In this document: piece by piece, positions 18,753 through 30,074 of the stretch
Layout of the letters: every line of letters begins with the position of its first letter
Numbering within the stretch: position 1 is the first letter of the stretch
Assembly: GCA_965215605.1 (NCBI GenBank)
Contig: OZ244070.1
Span: forward strand, 3,040,001 to 3,104,000
DNA length: 64,000 nt
DNA from: an uncultured Candidatus Binatia bacterium
Lineage (GTDB): Bacteria; Desulfobacterota; Binatia; UBA9968; JAJDTQ01
Direction: 5' to 3'
The notes under the pieces: model-generated
Database searches by the model: none
Seen by the model: only the letters and a program-made list of their open reading frames with translations
Told to the model about the DNA's origin: nothing
Made by a program: the position numbers and the translations under genes

Positions 18753-19613
18753 ATGGACCCGATTACGGACCCGATTGCCATTGACGTGCACGTGCACCTT
18801 TGCGACGAGCTGACCCTGAGCTCCAAGGGCGATCGCCCGAAGCAGATGGCGCAGTACTTCAAGCGGGAGCGCAAGCCCGTTTCCATCGACGAGATGGCGG
18901 ACGAGTACCGCGCGCGCAACATGATGGCGGTGATTCAGAACACCACCGACGAGACCATCACGGGGTTGACCCCGGTTCCCAACCAGCACGTGGCCGACGG
19001 CGTGAAGCGGAACTCCGACGTGTTCCTGGGCTTCGGCGTCATCGATCCGTGGCAGCAGAAGGTGGCGTTGCAGGAGATCCAGCGCATCAAGGACATGGGG
19101 CTGCACGGCATCGGCGAGATCAACCCCGCGCGGCAGCAGTTCTTCCCCAACGACACCCGCTTCTATCCCCTGTGGGAGGAATGCCAGAAGCTCGAGCTGC
19201 CGATCCTGTTCCACAGCGGCATGGCCGGCGCCGGCGCCGGCACCCCCGGGGGCATGGGCAACAAGCTCAAGTTCACCCAGCCGATCCATCTCGATGACGT
19301 GGCCGCGGACTTTCCCGAGCTGAAGATCATCTGCGCCCACCCGTCGTGGCCCTGGACGGCCGAGAGCCTGGCCATCGCCCGGCACAAGAGCAACTTCTAC
19401 ATCGACCTCTCGGGCTGGTCGCCCAAGTACTTCGCCGCCGAGCTGGTGCAGCAGGTGAACTCGATCCTTCAGGACAAGGCCATGTTCGGCTCCGACTGGC
19501 CGGCCATCGGCGTGGAGCGCTGGCTGGACGACTTCGAGAAGATCAGCATCAAGCCCGAGGTCAAGCAGAAGCTCATGCTGGACAACGCCAAGAAGTTCTT
19601 CGGCATGGACTGA
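18753..19613 (+). CDS. Amidohydrolase_2 family protein (CouO-like)
   Basis: DVHVH, LFHSG, AHPSWPW, YIDLSGWSPKY and FGSDWP. Confidence 0.85.
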   Translation: MDPITDPIAIDVHVHLCDELTLSSKGDRPKQMAQYFKRERKPVSIDEMADEYRARNMMAVIQNTTDETITGLTPVPNQHVADGVKRNSDVFLGFGVIDPWQQKVALQEIQRIKDMGLHGIGEINPARQQFFPNDTRFYPLWEECQKLELPILFHSGMAGAGAGTPGGMGNKLKFTQPIHLDDVAADFPELKIICAHPSWPWTAESLAIARHKSNFYIDLSGWSPKYFAAELVQQVNSILQDKAMFGSDWPAIGVERWLDDFEKISIKPEVKQKLMLDNAKKFFGMD

Positions 19614-19628
19614 GCGACGTCGATAACC

Positions 19629-19656
19629 GCAGGGGCGGCCCGCCGGTCGCCCCTGC
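19629..19656. repeat. REP-like palindrome
   Basis: GCAGGGGCG-gcccgccggt-CGCCCCTGC intergenic hairpin, related to the 18610 and 51646 elements. Confidence 0.55.
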
Positions 19657-19666
19657 ATCCTTTCCA

Positions 19667-20953
<1,287 letters not shown>

Positions 20954-20983
20954 CCGCCCGCCGCGAATCGACGGCCGATGGGC

Positions 20984-21670
20984 TCAGTTCAGGGTGCGCG
21001 AACCCGTGTCGGAAGGCGGTGCTGTCGTCTCTCCGCCGAACTCCAGCAGACTGACGAGAATCGTTTCCCGTTCCCCGATGGAGCCGGCCTCCAGGAGCGC
21101 CTGTTTCTCCGATGGATGGAACGGCATGGCCACTCCCAGGAAGTTGATGAGGTCGGTATCGGGTATCGGCTTGAGTTGATCCAGGTCGATGGTCAGGCCG
21201 CGGGTCTCGGCGTAGCGGTCGAGCGCGTGCGTGAGGCGTGGACGGTCGATGGCCGGAGGGCCGGTCTCCTCCAGGTCGCCGAAAGAGGCATAGTCGGGCC
21301 GCACGCGCCGGTAGCCTCGTTCCACGGACAGCTCTTCCTTGACGCGGAAGCGGCTGATGCCCCGAAGCTGCACCATGTAACGGCCGTCGGGGGCCTTCTC
21401 CCATCGTTCGATGTGGCCGGCACAGCCCACGGGATAGAGATCGGGTCGGTTACGATCGGCCCCGGGCCGGGGGAAGTTGTCGTGCTGGGGAACGAACGGC
21501 TGGATCATGCCGAAAACGCTCTCCGCCTCGAGCGCATCGTGGACCATGTTCCGGTAGCGGGGCTCGAATATGTGCAGCGGCAGCCGCGTGCCGGGCAATA
21601 GCAGCACTCCGGTGAGCGGGAACACGGACAGGACCTCGGGCAACGAGACAGGTTCGGTTTTGTCTTCCAT
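20984..21670 (-). CDS. LON peptidase substrate-binding domain protein
   Basis: FPLTGVLLLPG, LHIFEPRYRNM, YPVGC and EKQALLEA. Confidence 0.9.
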   Translation of the reverse strand: MEDKTEPVSLPEVLSVFPLTGVLLLPGTRLPLHIFEPRYRNMVHDALEAESVFGMIQPFVPQHDNFPRPGADRNRPDLYPVGCAGHIERWEKAPDGRYMVQLRGISRFRVKEELSVERGYRRVRPDYASFGDLEETGPPAIDRPRLTHALDRYAETRGLTIDLDQLKPIPDTDLINFLGVAMPFHPSEKQALLEAGSIGERETILVSLLEFGGETTAPPSDTGSRTLN

Positions 21671-21691
21671 GCGGCCTCCCCTCCTCGCTTG

Positions 21692-21719
21692 ATTATAGAG
21701 CCCCCCCGGCGGCCGTCAA
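21692..21719 (-). promoter_or_regulatory. Sigma70-type promoter for the LON-domain gene
   Basis: Minus strand reads TTGACG-N16-TATAAT, followed by a GAGG RBS. Confidence 0.55.
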
Positions 21720-21746
21720 CCGGGGCCGTGTGCCGCGGACCGGGGA

Positions 21747-22415
21747 TCACCCGAAGGCATCGTAGATGCCGTCGAACTTCGCCAGCTTGAAGCGGACCAT
21801 GTTGCGCGCCGCGTGGGCGACCACCCGGCGGTCGCGCTCGGTGGTGCAGTAGCGCTCGACGACCCGGGCCGCCAGCGCCGTGTGCTCCTGGTCCGCAACC
21901 GCGTGCACCGTGAAGAACTCCCGTTCATGATCGGCGATGCCGTATTTCTCGGCCAGGCAGGTGTCGAACTCGACGGCGTAGCGGCCCACCATGCTCTCGT
22001 TCACCAGTGCGCTGGTGCGGCTCTCGGCCGGCGAGCCCAGGAACATGCCCCTGAGGATGGCGGCCGCGTGGGCCTGGCATTCGAAGATAGGCAGGGCCTC
22101 GTCGAAGTTCTCTTCCGTCAGGCCGATGGCGAGGCCGAAGCGCTTCATGAGGTCGGGGTGCGTCTGCTCCTCGGTGAAGGCGTGGAGGAAGAGGTCGTAG
22201 AGTTCCTGGTTGTGCGCGTTCTTGGCCATGCACAGGGTGAACCCCTTGTTGATGGCGACGTTCAGCAGGTAGTGTTGCAGCGCGAAGCCCTGGAGGCGGC
22301 GGTTGGTCAGGGTGCCGCTACGAAGGTCGGAGAAGTACCGGCTCTCCATCAGCCGATGGATTCCGGGACGGATGATCTCCTCCACGACCGAGGTGACGAA
22401 GGCTTGGGTTGTCAT
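21747..22415 (-). CDS. Heme-oxygenase-like diiron oxidase (CADD/PqqC/TenA fold)
   Basis: Candidate ligand set EEQTH, NE and FFTVHAVADQEH. Confidence 0.8.
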   Translation of the reverse strand: MTTQAFVTSVVEEIIRPGIHRLMESRYFSDLRSGTLTNRRLQGFALQHYLLNVAINKGFTLCMAKNAHNQELYDLFLHAFTEEQTHPDLMKRFGLAIGLTEENFDEALPIFECQAHAAAILRGMFLGSPAESRTSALVNESMVGRYAVEFDTCLAEKYGIADHEREFFTVHAVADQEHTALAARVVERYCTTERDRRVVAHAARNMVRFKLAKFDGIYDAFG

Positions 22416-22558
22416 GACGCCCGCGACCGTAGAAGAATCGCCGCCGTGCTGTCAAGCGTCGCCGTGCCCGCGGTTGAAGCGCAAGGCGAAACAGGGAATA
22501 GTAGCAGGCGTACCGTGCCGGGGCCGTCTCCAGGGCCTCGTCTGAAAGGAGCGCCATC

Positions 22559-23728
22559 ATGTGGAAGGGATTCAAGGTCATCGACGCGGACGCGCACATG
22601 CACGAGCCGCAGTACCTCTGGGAGCGCTACGTCGAGCCCGCTTACCAGGACCAGGTGCCCAAGGTGGCGTTCATGGACGGCGCCTTCATGGTCTACGAGC
22701 CGGACGGCCGGATCATTCCCAAGACCGAGAAGCAGCCCAAGCTCCCGGCCACGGCGTGGGCGGACATGGAGGCGAAGTACGGCGAGCAATACCGCACGTG
22801 GTGGTCCGCGGAGACCCGGCTCAAGGACATGGACACCCACGGCTGGGACGTCCAGGTGCTGCTGCCCACTGGCAACAACGGCAACTTCGCCTACCGGGTG
22901 GCGCTCAAGGACGCCAAGCTGGGGGCTGCCATGTGCCGGGCCTACAACAACTGGTGCCGGGACTACTGCGACGCCGACCCCAAGCGCCTGAAGTTCGTGG
23001 CGGTGCTTCCCGGATCGGATACCGAGGCCATGGTGGTGGAGGCCCGGCGGGCGGTGGAGGAGCTGGGGGCGGTGTCGGTCCGGAACCCGTTCCTGCCCGA
23101 GGGCCGGTGGCTGCACGAGCCCGAGTACGACGCGGTGTGGGAACTGGCCTGCGAGCTGGATTTCCCCATCTCCGTGCATGGCGAATACCGCCAGCGCCGG
23201 TTCCACCCGTTTGCGGGCGGCAACCGCGGCAACGTCGACGATCGCAACATGCAGCAGCTCGCCCTGCGCGGCCTCGACCACGCGCTGGGGTTCCCGTGCG
23301 ACAACATGGCCACCATGGGCGAGTTCATCTTCACCGGTATCCTGGAGCGTTTCCCCAAACTGCGGTTGGGGATCCTCGAGTCCAACGTGGGCTGGGTGCC
23401 GTTCTGGCTCGGCCGCATGGACGAGCACACCCACGGGCGCAACAGCGTCATGGGCAACGCGGTGGAGCGTCTGCCGATGCTGCCCAGCGAATATTTCATG
23501 CGCCAGATCACGGTGACCTGCGACAGCGACGAGCGCGCGCTGTCCTACGCCGTGGACCATCTGGGCGGCGACAACATCGCCTGGAACACCGACTATCCGC
23601 ATCCAGACGCGCCACGGCCCGAGAAGGCGCTGCCGGACCTGGACGCGCAGCCGATACCGGACGAGGCCAAGGCCAAGATCCTGTGGGACAATGCGGTGAC
23701 GCTGTTCGGCCCCCGCATCCTCGACTAA
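22559..23728 (+). CDS. Amidohydrolase_2 family protein
   Basis: DADAH, ISVH, ERFPKLRLGILE and NTDYPH. Confidence 0.88.
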   Translation: MWKGFKVIDADAHMHEPQYLWERYVEPAYQDQVPKVAFMDGAFMVYEPDGRIIPKTEKQPKLPATAWADMEAKYGEQYRTWWSAETRLKDMDTHGWDVQVLLPTGNNGNFAYRVALKDAKLGAAMCRAYNNWCRDYCDADPKRLKFVAVLPGSDTEAMVVEARRAVEELGAVSVRNPFLPEGRWLHEPEYDAVWELACELDFPISVHGEYRQRRFHPFAGGNRGNVDDRNMQQLALRGLDHALGFPCDNMATMGEFIFTGILERFPKLRLGILESNVGWVPFWLGRMDEHTHGRNSVMGNAVERLPMLPSEYFMRQITVTCDSDERALSYAVDHLGGDNIAWNTDYPHPDAPRPEKALPDLDAQPIPDEAKAKILWDNAVTLFGPRILD

Positions 23729-25203
23729 TGCCCTGTCCCATGGAAGAGATTCGATTCGTAGACACCACGTTGCGTGACGGCCACCAGAGCCTCTGGGCCG
23801 AGCGCATGACCACCGGCATGATGCTGCCCGTGGCCCGGACCATGGACGAGGCCGGGTTCGACGCCATCGAGCTGATGTCGGCCTCACACCTCAAGAAGTG
23901 CGTGCGCGAGCTCAAGGAGGACCCCTGGGACCGGGTGCGGATGGTGGCCGAGCGGGTCACCCGTACGCCGTTGCGGCTGATGGCGGGCCGGGTCAACGCG
24001 TTCGAGATCACCCCGGTGTCGGTGTACGAGCTGTTCATCGAGCGGATGGCGGCCAACGGCATCCGGCAGGCGCGCATCTCCGAGGAATGGAACGAGCTCG
24101 AAGGGTGGACGCGCAAGGTCCGAATCGCCCGCAAGAACGGACTCCAGCCCATCGTGAACCTCATCTACTCGGTGTCGCCGAAGCACACCGACGAGTACTA
24201 CGCGCGGAAGACCCGCGAAGCCGCTTCCCTGGGCGTGCCGTTCCTCTGCCTCAAGGATCCCGGAGGCCTGCTGACGCCCGAGCGCACCCGCACCCTGGTG
24301 CCCATGATCTTCGAGAACGCTGGCGGCATCCCGGTGGAGTTGCATACCCACTGCACCACCGGGCTGGGGCCTTTGTGCTGCCTGGAAGCGGTCAAGCTCG
24401 GCATCCGCACGGTGAACACGGCGGTGCCGCCGCTGGCCAACGCTTCCTCCAACCCTTCCGTCTTCAGCGTCGCCGCCAACCTGCGCGCCCTGGGCTACGC
24501 GTGCGCCGTGGACACCGGCGCCCTTGAGGAAGTGTCGGAGTTTTTCACAGCCGTGGCCCGGCAGGAAGGCTTCCCCCTGGGCGCGCCGGTGGAATACGAC
24601 TACGCCCAGTACCAGCACCAGGTGCCCGGCGGCATGATCTCGAACCTGCGCCACCAGCTCGCGAAGGTGGGCCTGGAGCACAAGGCGGAGGAGGCGTTGG
24701 AAGAGGTGGTGCGGGTGCGGGCGGATCTCGGCTACCCCATCATGGTGACGCCGCTCTCGCAGTTCGTCGGGAGCCAGGCCGCCATCAACGTCATCGTCGG
24801 CTCCCGCTACCAGGAGGTCACCGACCAGATCATCCAGTACGCGCTGGGGCTGTGGGGCCGGGAAGGCGCGGAGACCATGGACCCCGACGTCAAGCACAAG
24901 ATCCTGGACCGGCCTCGCGGCCAGGAGATGGCCCGCTGGGAACCCCCCGACCTGACCATCGACGAGGTGCGGCGCAAGCTCGGCGGCCCGGGCGTCACCG
25001 ACGAGGAGTTGCTGCTGCGTTGGATGCTGAGTGAGGAGGAGATCGCCGCCATGCGCGCCGCCGGCCCGCCACGGGAGTACCTGAGCGCCCGTTCCTCCAC
25101 GGTGGCGCTGATGGAGCAGCTCACCGGCCGCGGCCGGTACGCCGGCATTCGCGTCAGCCGGCCGGGATTTTCGTTGTCGTTGCAGCGGGGCGACGCAGGG
25201 TGA
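23728..25203 (+). CDS. Pyruvate/oxaloacetate carboxyltransferase (PycB/OadA-like) without biotinyl domain
   Basis: DTTLRDGHQSL, LKDPGG, HTH, QVPGGM and MVTPLSQ; no EAMKM motif. Start at 23728 (TAATG overlap) or 23740. Confidence 0.85.
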   Translation: MPCPMEEIRFVDTTLRDGHQSLWAERMTTGMMLPVARTMDEAGFDAIELMSASHLKKCVRELKEDPWDRVRMVAERVTRTPLRLMAGRVNAFEITPVSVYELFIERMAANGIRQARISEEWNELEGWTRKVRIARKNGLQPIVNLIYSVSPKHTDEYYARKTREAASLGVPFLCLKDPGGLLTPERTRTLVPMIFENAGGIPVELHTHCTTGLGPLCCLEAVKLGIRTVNTAVPPLANASSNPSVFSVAANLRALGYACAVDTGALEEVSEFFTAVARQEGFPLGAPVEYDYAQYQHQVPGGMISNLRHQLAKVGLEHKAEEALEEVVRVRADLGYPIMVTPLSQFVGSQAAINVIVGSRYQEVTDQIIQYALGLWGREGAETMDPDVKHKILDRPRGQEMARWEPPDLTIDEVRRKLGGPGVTDEELLLRWMLSEEEIAAMRAAGPPREYLSARSSTVALMEQLTGRGRYAGIRVSRPGFSLSLQRGDAG

Positions 25204-25236
25204 CCCCGAATGACCATGGCTGTGCGCACTCTCTTC

Positions 25237-25310
25237 CGTCACTCCCCTCCAATCGTTATTCCCGCCCCATCGTCATTCCCGCGGAAACGGGAATCCAGGG
25301 GTAGGGAGGG
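25237..25310 (+). repeat. REP/dRS3-like palindrome with 17-nt periodic arm duplications
   Basis: ATTCCC-N8-GGGAAT at 25275-25294; degenerate CGTCATTCCCGC copies start at 25237, 25254 and 25271. Confidence 0.7.
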
Positions 25311-25349
25311 GCAACGGGCGGATGTCCCACTTTCCGGAAAGGAGTATTC

Positions 25350-25835
25350 ATGCCTGACCTGATCACCCTCGGCCGTTCCGTGGGCGAGCTGCTCAAGGAG
25401 AGGAACGAAACCGTGGCGGTGGCCGAATCGTCCACCGGCGGATTGATCTCCGCCGCGCTGCTTTCGATGCCCGGCGCGTCGGCCTATTTCGTGGGCGGCG
25501 GGGTGATCTACACCCGTCACGCCCGCGCGGGCCTGCTGATGATGCCCGAGAGCGAGGTAACGGTGCGCGGCAGCACCGAGCCCTACGCCCTGAATATGGC
25601 GCGGCTGATGCAGGGACGTCTGAACACCACCTGGGGCCTTTCGGAGAGCGGCGCCACCGGCCCCTCCGGGAACCGCTACGGCGACGCCGCCGGACACAGC
25701 TGCATGGCCATCGTCGGGCCGGTGGACAAGGCCATCACCGTCGAGACCGGCGATGCGGACCGGGAAGCCAACATGTGGGCCTTCACCAAGGCCGCGCTGG
25801 CGTTGCTCGAAGACGCGCTCCGGCAAAACCCATGA
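25350..25835 (+). CDS. CinA/PncC-family protein
   Basis: AVAESSTGG, PGASAYFVGG and ESGATGP. Confidence 0.85.
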   Translation: MPDLITLGRSVGELLKERNETVAVAESSTGGLISAALLSMPGASAYFVGGGVIYTRHARAGLLMMPESEVTVRGSTEPYALNMARLMQGRLNTTWGLSESGATGPSGNRYGDAAGHSCMAIVGPVDKAITVETGDADREANMWAFTKAALALLEDALRQNP

Positions 25836-27157
25836 CCTCCAGGGAGGATCTCAAGGCCGAGGCCTGCCGGGTCATCGATGCCCGCAGGGAAGAGATCATC
25901 GAGCTCGGCGAGACGATCCTGCGCAATCCGGAGACGGGCTTCAACGAGACCAACACCGCGGACCTCGTGGCGGCGCGGCTGCAGGGTTTGGGGCTTGAGC
26001 CGCAACGGGGTCTGGCCATCACCGGCGTCAAGAGCCGGAGGGAATGCGGCGCCCCGGGTCCCACCCTGGCCCTCCTGGGAGAGCTGGACTCGTTACGGGT
26101 GCCGGACCATCCCCATGCCGATCCCCGAACCGGCGCGGCTCATGCCTGCGGCCACAACGCCCAGGTGGCCGGCATGGTGGGCGCGGCCACGGGGCTTCTG
26201 TCCGCCGGAGTGCTGCCGGAGCTCGGCGGCTCGCTGGTCTTCTTCGCGGTCCCCGCCGAAGAGATGATCGACGTGGACGAGCGCATGGCGCGCAAGGCGC
26301 GCAACGAGCTCGAGTTCCTCTCAGGCAAGGCGGAACTCATCCGGCTCGGGCACTTCGACGACGTGGACCTGGCGATGATGTTCCACACCAAGACCGACAC
26401 CCTCGCCTCCCACGTGGCCCGGTCGTCCAACGGCGCCATCATCAAGAAGATCCGCTTCATCGGCAAGGCTGCCCACGCGGGCGGTAGCCCGCAGAAGGGC
26501 GTCAACGCCCTCAACGCGGCCTCCCTGGCCATGACCGCCATCGCCTACCAACGCGAGACCTTCTACGACGAGGATACCATCCGCATCCACCCCATCATCA
26601 CCCGGGGCGGCGACGCCGTGAGCGTGGTGCCGGCCGAGGTGACCCTCGAGACGTTCATTCGAGGCAAGACCCTGGAGGGGATCCTCGACGCCAACCGCAA
26701 GGTGGACGACGCGCTACGGGGCGCGGCCATGGCGGTGGGGGCGTCGGTGGAGATCACGACGGTGCCGGGCTACCTGCCGCAGACCAACAACGAGGCCATG
26801 GCGCGACTCTGGGGCGGCAACGCCGAGGCGCTGTTCGGCCCGGGCCAGTTCCGGCTCGGCACCGAGCACCGCACCAGCAGCACCGACTTCGGCGATCTGG
26901 CCCACATCATGCCGGCGATCCAACCCTACGTCGCGGGCGCCGCTGGCGGCGGCCACACCAACGCCTATCTTCTGGTGGACCAGGATTCGGTCTACGTGAA
27001 GTCGGCCAAGCTCCTGGCCATGACGGCCATCGACCTGCTCCACGACGGCGCCGCGGCGGCGCGCAGGATCCTGGCGGAAGACAAGCCCCGCATGACCCGG
27101 GGCGAGTACCTGGAGTTTCAGCGCAAGCTCGACGCCCGGGAACGGTTCGAACCCTGA
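25832..27157 (+). CDS. M20 family amidohydrolase
   Basis: NPETGF, ELDSL, HACGHN, PAEE, GKAAHAG and STDFG; ATGA overlap with the upstream gene. Confidence 0.88.
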   Translation: MTSREDLKAEACRVIDARREEIIELGETILRNPETGFNETNTADLVAARLQGLGLEPQRGLAITGVKSRRECGAPGPTLALLGELDSLRVPDHPHADPRTGAAHACGHNAQVAGMVGAATGLLSAGVLPELGGSLVFFAVPAEEMIDVDERMARKARNELEFLSGKAELIRLGHFDDVDLAMMFHTKTDTLASHVARSSNGAIIKKIRFIGKAAHAGGSPQKGVNALNAASLAMTAIAYQRETFYDEDTIRIHPIITRGGDAVSVVPAEVTLETFIRGKTLEGILDANRKVDDALRGAAMAVGASVEITTVPGYLPQTNNEAMARLWGGNAEALFGPGQFRLGTEHRTSSTDFGDLAHIMPAIQPYVAGAAGGGHTNAYLLVDQDSVYVKSAKLLAMTAIDLLHDGAAAARRILAEDKPRMTRGEYLEFQRKLDARERFEP

Positions 27158-27281
27158 AGCGCCGGCAGGCCGAGTCGACCGCTTGTCGATCGACGGAACA
27201 AGGCGCGTCAAACCCGTCGCATCGCCGGTGTTGGCGAGACCCTCCGGGGGGTCCCGCCTTTCTACGTCCAGTTCGCCGAGC

Positions 27282-28658
27282 CTACGCGTCCTCCGCCTTG
27301 TCGAAGTACTCCCGCGTCACCTTGAAGACCATGGGCGCCAGCAGCAGCAGGCCGATGAGGTTGGGCACCGCCATCAGGCCGTTGAGGGTGTCCGACAGGT
27401 TCCATACGAAGCTCACCTTCACGTTGGCGAAGGTCAGGGCCGCCAGCACCCAGAGCGCGCGATAGACCAGCAGGCTGTTCTCGCTGAACAGGTACTGCCA
27501 GCAGCGCTCGCCGTAGTACGACCACCCGAGGATGGTGGTGAAGGCGAAGACCGCCAGCGCCACCGTGACGATGTACTGCCCGCCGGCAATGGAGCTCTGG
27601 AAGCTCGCCGCGGTGAGCACCACCCCGGTGAGGCCGCCGCCGTCGGCGCCGGTCAGGGTCCACGCCCCCGAGGTCAGGATCACCAGCGCCGTCATGGTGC
27701 AGACCACGAGGGTATCGATGAAGGTCCCCAGCATGGCGATGACGCCCTGCCGCACCGGGCTGTTGGTCTGCGCCGCCGCGTGGGCGATGGCCGCGGAGCC
27801 GAGCCCGGACTCGTTGGAGAACACGCCGCGGGCCACGCCGAAGCGGACCGCCGCCGCCACCGCCGCCCCGGCAAAGCCGCCGGCCGCCGCGGCGGGCGTG
27901 AAGGCGTGGGTGAAGATCAGCGCGATGGCTGCCGGCACCGCGGTGATGTTGATGACGACGACCAGCAGGGCAGCGCCGATATAGAGCACGATCATGGCCG
28001 GTACCAGCTTGCCTGCCACCTCGCCGATGCGCTGGATGCCGCCGATGACCACGATCGCTACCAGCGCCGCGACGACGATCCCGGTGATCCAGGCGGGGAC
28101 GCCGAAGCTGTCCGCCAGCGCCGTGGCCATGGAGTTCACCTGCACCGCGTTGCCGATGCCGAAGGCCGCCACCGCGCCGAACACGGCGAACCCCAGCCCC
28201 AGCCACTTGCCCAGCTCGGGGGCGAACTGGCCCACGCCGTTGCGCAGGTAGTACATGGGGCCGCCGACGTGCAAGCCGTTGGCGTCCACCTCGCGGTAGG
28301 TGACCGCGCACACCGCTTCCGCGTACTTCGTCGCCATGCCGAAAAGGGCGATGAGCCACATGTAGAAGATCGCCCCCGGCCCGCCCAGGGCGATGGCGGT
28401 GGCGACGCCGGCGATGTTGCCTGTGCCCACCGTAGCCGAAAGGGCTGTCATCAGCGCGTTGAAGGGCTTGACCTCGCCCGCGCCGCCGCCCGCGTCGCTG
28501 GTGTCGAACAGCAGCCGAAAGCCATAGCCGACCTTCCGCCACGGCATGAAAACCATGCCGAGGGTAAGCAGCAAGCCGGTCACCCCCAGCATGCCCAGCA
28601 TGGGCGGACCCCAGGCGAAGGCGTTGACGGAATCGATGATTGCGTTCAAGCGGTCCAT
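27282..28658 (-). CDS. Sodium:alanine/glycine symporter (AGCS family)
   Basis: TVGTGNIAGVATA, GGPMYY, FSNESGLGS and MAVPNL. Confidence 0.93.
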   Translation of the reverse strand: MDRLNAIIDSVNAFAWGPPMLGMLGVTGLLLTLGMVFMPWRKVGYGFRLLFDTSDAGGGAGEVKPFNALMTALSATVGTGNIAGVATAIALGGPGAIFYMWLIALFGMATKYAEAVCAVTYREVDANGLHVGGPMYYLRNGVGQFAPELGKWLGLGFAVFGAVAAFGIGNAVQVNSMATALADSFGVPAWITGIVVAALVAIVVIGGIQRIGEVAGKLVPAMIVLYIGAALLVVVINITAVPAAIALIFTHAFTPAAAAGGFAGAAVAAAVRFGVARGVFSNESGLGSAAIAHAAAQTNSPVRQGVIAMLGTFIDTLVVCTMTALVILTSGAWTLTGADGGGLTGVVLTAASFQSSIAGGQYIVTVALAVFAFTTILGWSYYGERCWQYLFSENSLLVYRALWVLAALTFANVKVSFVWNLSDTLNGLMAVPNLIGLLLLAPMVFKVTREYFDKAEDA

Positions 28659-28688
28659 GGCATCCTCCCAGGTGTGGTTAGGGGGGCC

Positions 28689-29972
28689 TTAGCCCGACAA
28701 CGCCGTATGCACGGCGCGGCTGATCTCAAACAGCCGGTGATCATGACAGCGGTGCCCCACCAATTGCAAGCCCACGGGAAGGCCCGCGGGCCCCTTGAAG
28801 AGCGGAAGCGTCACGCACGGCACGTGGGTCCAGGTGGCGAGGATGTTGAACGACGTGTCTCCGGTGTTGTCGAGGCCCGCCGGAGCCTCGCCCGGCGCGC
28901 TCGGGGTCAGCAGCACGTCGTGATCCTTCGCCGCCTCCGACAGATAGGCCCGGCAGGCGGCCATGACTCCCTCCGCTTCCCGGTATTCCTCGTAGGAGAC
29001 CACCGGCCAGTCCTTCATCTTGCCCTGCTGGAACTCGCTCAGCAGCTCGAAGTGGTGGGTCCTTTCCCACGACAGCGCACGCGCGATCTCGTAGTCGCTG
29101 ACGCGGCGGCCCATGGCCTCGAAGTCGGCGAAGGGTCCGCCGAGGTCGAGGTCCGACACCGCCGCGCCGGCCTTGGCGAGTTCCGCGGCGGCGCCCTCCA
29201 CCAGCCCCTTGGTGTAGTCCTGGGCCCGGTCCCAAAGCGGCGTGCGGCAGAAGCCCACCCGGAGGCCCTTGAGCGAAACCGCGTCCAGGGGCCGGACCGG
29301 CTCGCCGGTGACGGCCGCCCGGAAGAGCGGCAGGTCCTCCACCGCCCGTCCGAACAGTCCCACGGTGTCGAAGGAGCCGGTGTTCTCCTTGACCCCCTCC
29401 GTGCTGATCTCGCCGTAGCTGGGCTTGTAGCCCACGCAGCCGCAGAACGACGCCGGCCGGATGACCGAGCCCAGGGTCTGGGTGCCGAAGGCCATGAACG
29501 CCATGAAGTCGGCCACGGCCGCCGCCGAGCCGCTGGACGAGCCCCCCGGGGTGTGTGTCGGGTCATGGGGATTCCTGGTCTTCCCGGGGTGGCGGCTGGC
29601 GAACTCGGTCGTAACGGTCTTGCCCAGGAGAACGCCCCCCGCGGCCCGGGTCATGGCCACGCACGCGGCGTCCGCCCGTGGCCGGAAGCCCTCCCAGATG
29701 GGCGAGCCGTAGCTCGTGGGCATGTCGGCGGTGTCCATGATATCCTTGACAGCGAACGGCAGGCCGTGCACCGGTCCGTGATCGGCTGCACGGTCGCGTT
29801 CCGCCGCCTGCGCCAGGGAGTAGTCGGGGTCCAGGTGCATCCAGGCTTCCACATCCGGCTCCCGTTCCTCGATGCGCTCCAAGCAGGCCCGGACCAGTTC
29901 TTCGGAGGCGACGTCGCCCCGGTTGATGCGTTCCACGGCTTGGCTGGCGGAGAGTCGGCACAATTCGTTCAT
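28689..29972 (-). CDS. Amidase signature family enzyme
   Basis: FAVKD, PGGSSSGSA and GTQTLGSVIRPA. Confidence 0.92.
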   Translation of the reverse strand: MNELCRLSASQAVERINRGDVASEELVRACLERIEEREPDVEAWMHLDPDYSLAQAAERDRAADHGPVHGLPFAVKDIMDTADMPTSYGSPIWEGFRPRADAACVAMTRAAGGVLLGKTVTTEFASRHPGKTRNPHDPTHTPGGSSSGSAAAVADFMAFMAFGTQTLGSVIRPASFCGCVGYKPSYGEISTEGVKENTGSFDTVGLFGRAVEDLPLFRAAVTGEPVRPLDAVSLKGLRVGFCRTPLWDRAQDYTKGLVEGAAAELAKAGAAVSDLDLGGPFADFEAMGRRVSDYEIARALSWERTHHFELLSEFQQGKMKDWPVVSYEEYREAEGVMAACRAYLSEAAKDHDVLLTPSAPGEAPAGLDNTGDTSFNILATWTHVPCVTLPLFKGPAGLPVGLQLVGHRCHDHRLFEISRAVHTALSG

Positions 29973-30074
29973 CGGCGGTATCCTCTGGTTGGTGTGGCGT
30001 TTGGCAATGACGGAGACCTTGCCATAGCACGTTTCCTTTCGGGTTTCGATTAAGAAAATACAAGGAGGTCGGAC

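Noticed and set aside
22561-23727. Apparent 880-aa fusion ORF 22561-25203
   Set aside because: The N-terminal part is an out-of-frame overlap with the amidohydrolase; the real protein starts at 23728 or 23740.
25237-25300. Periodic short repeats as a mini-CRISPR array
   Set aside because: Period is only 17-21 nt, 2-4 degenerate copies, no cas genes; the pattern fits REP-type elements.
27183-30053. 956-aa plus-strand ORF (likewise 39094-40977, 44331-46244, 13990-15675, 42049-43743)
   Set aside because: Antisense shadows of well-supported genes, expected in high-GC DNA; no recognisable motifs.
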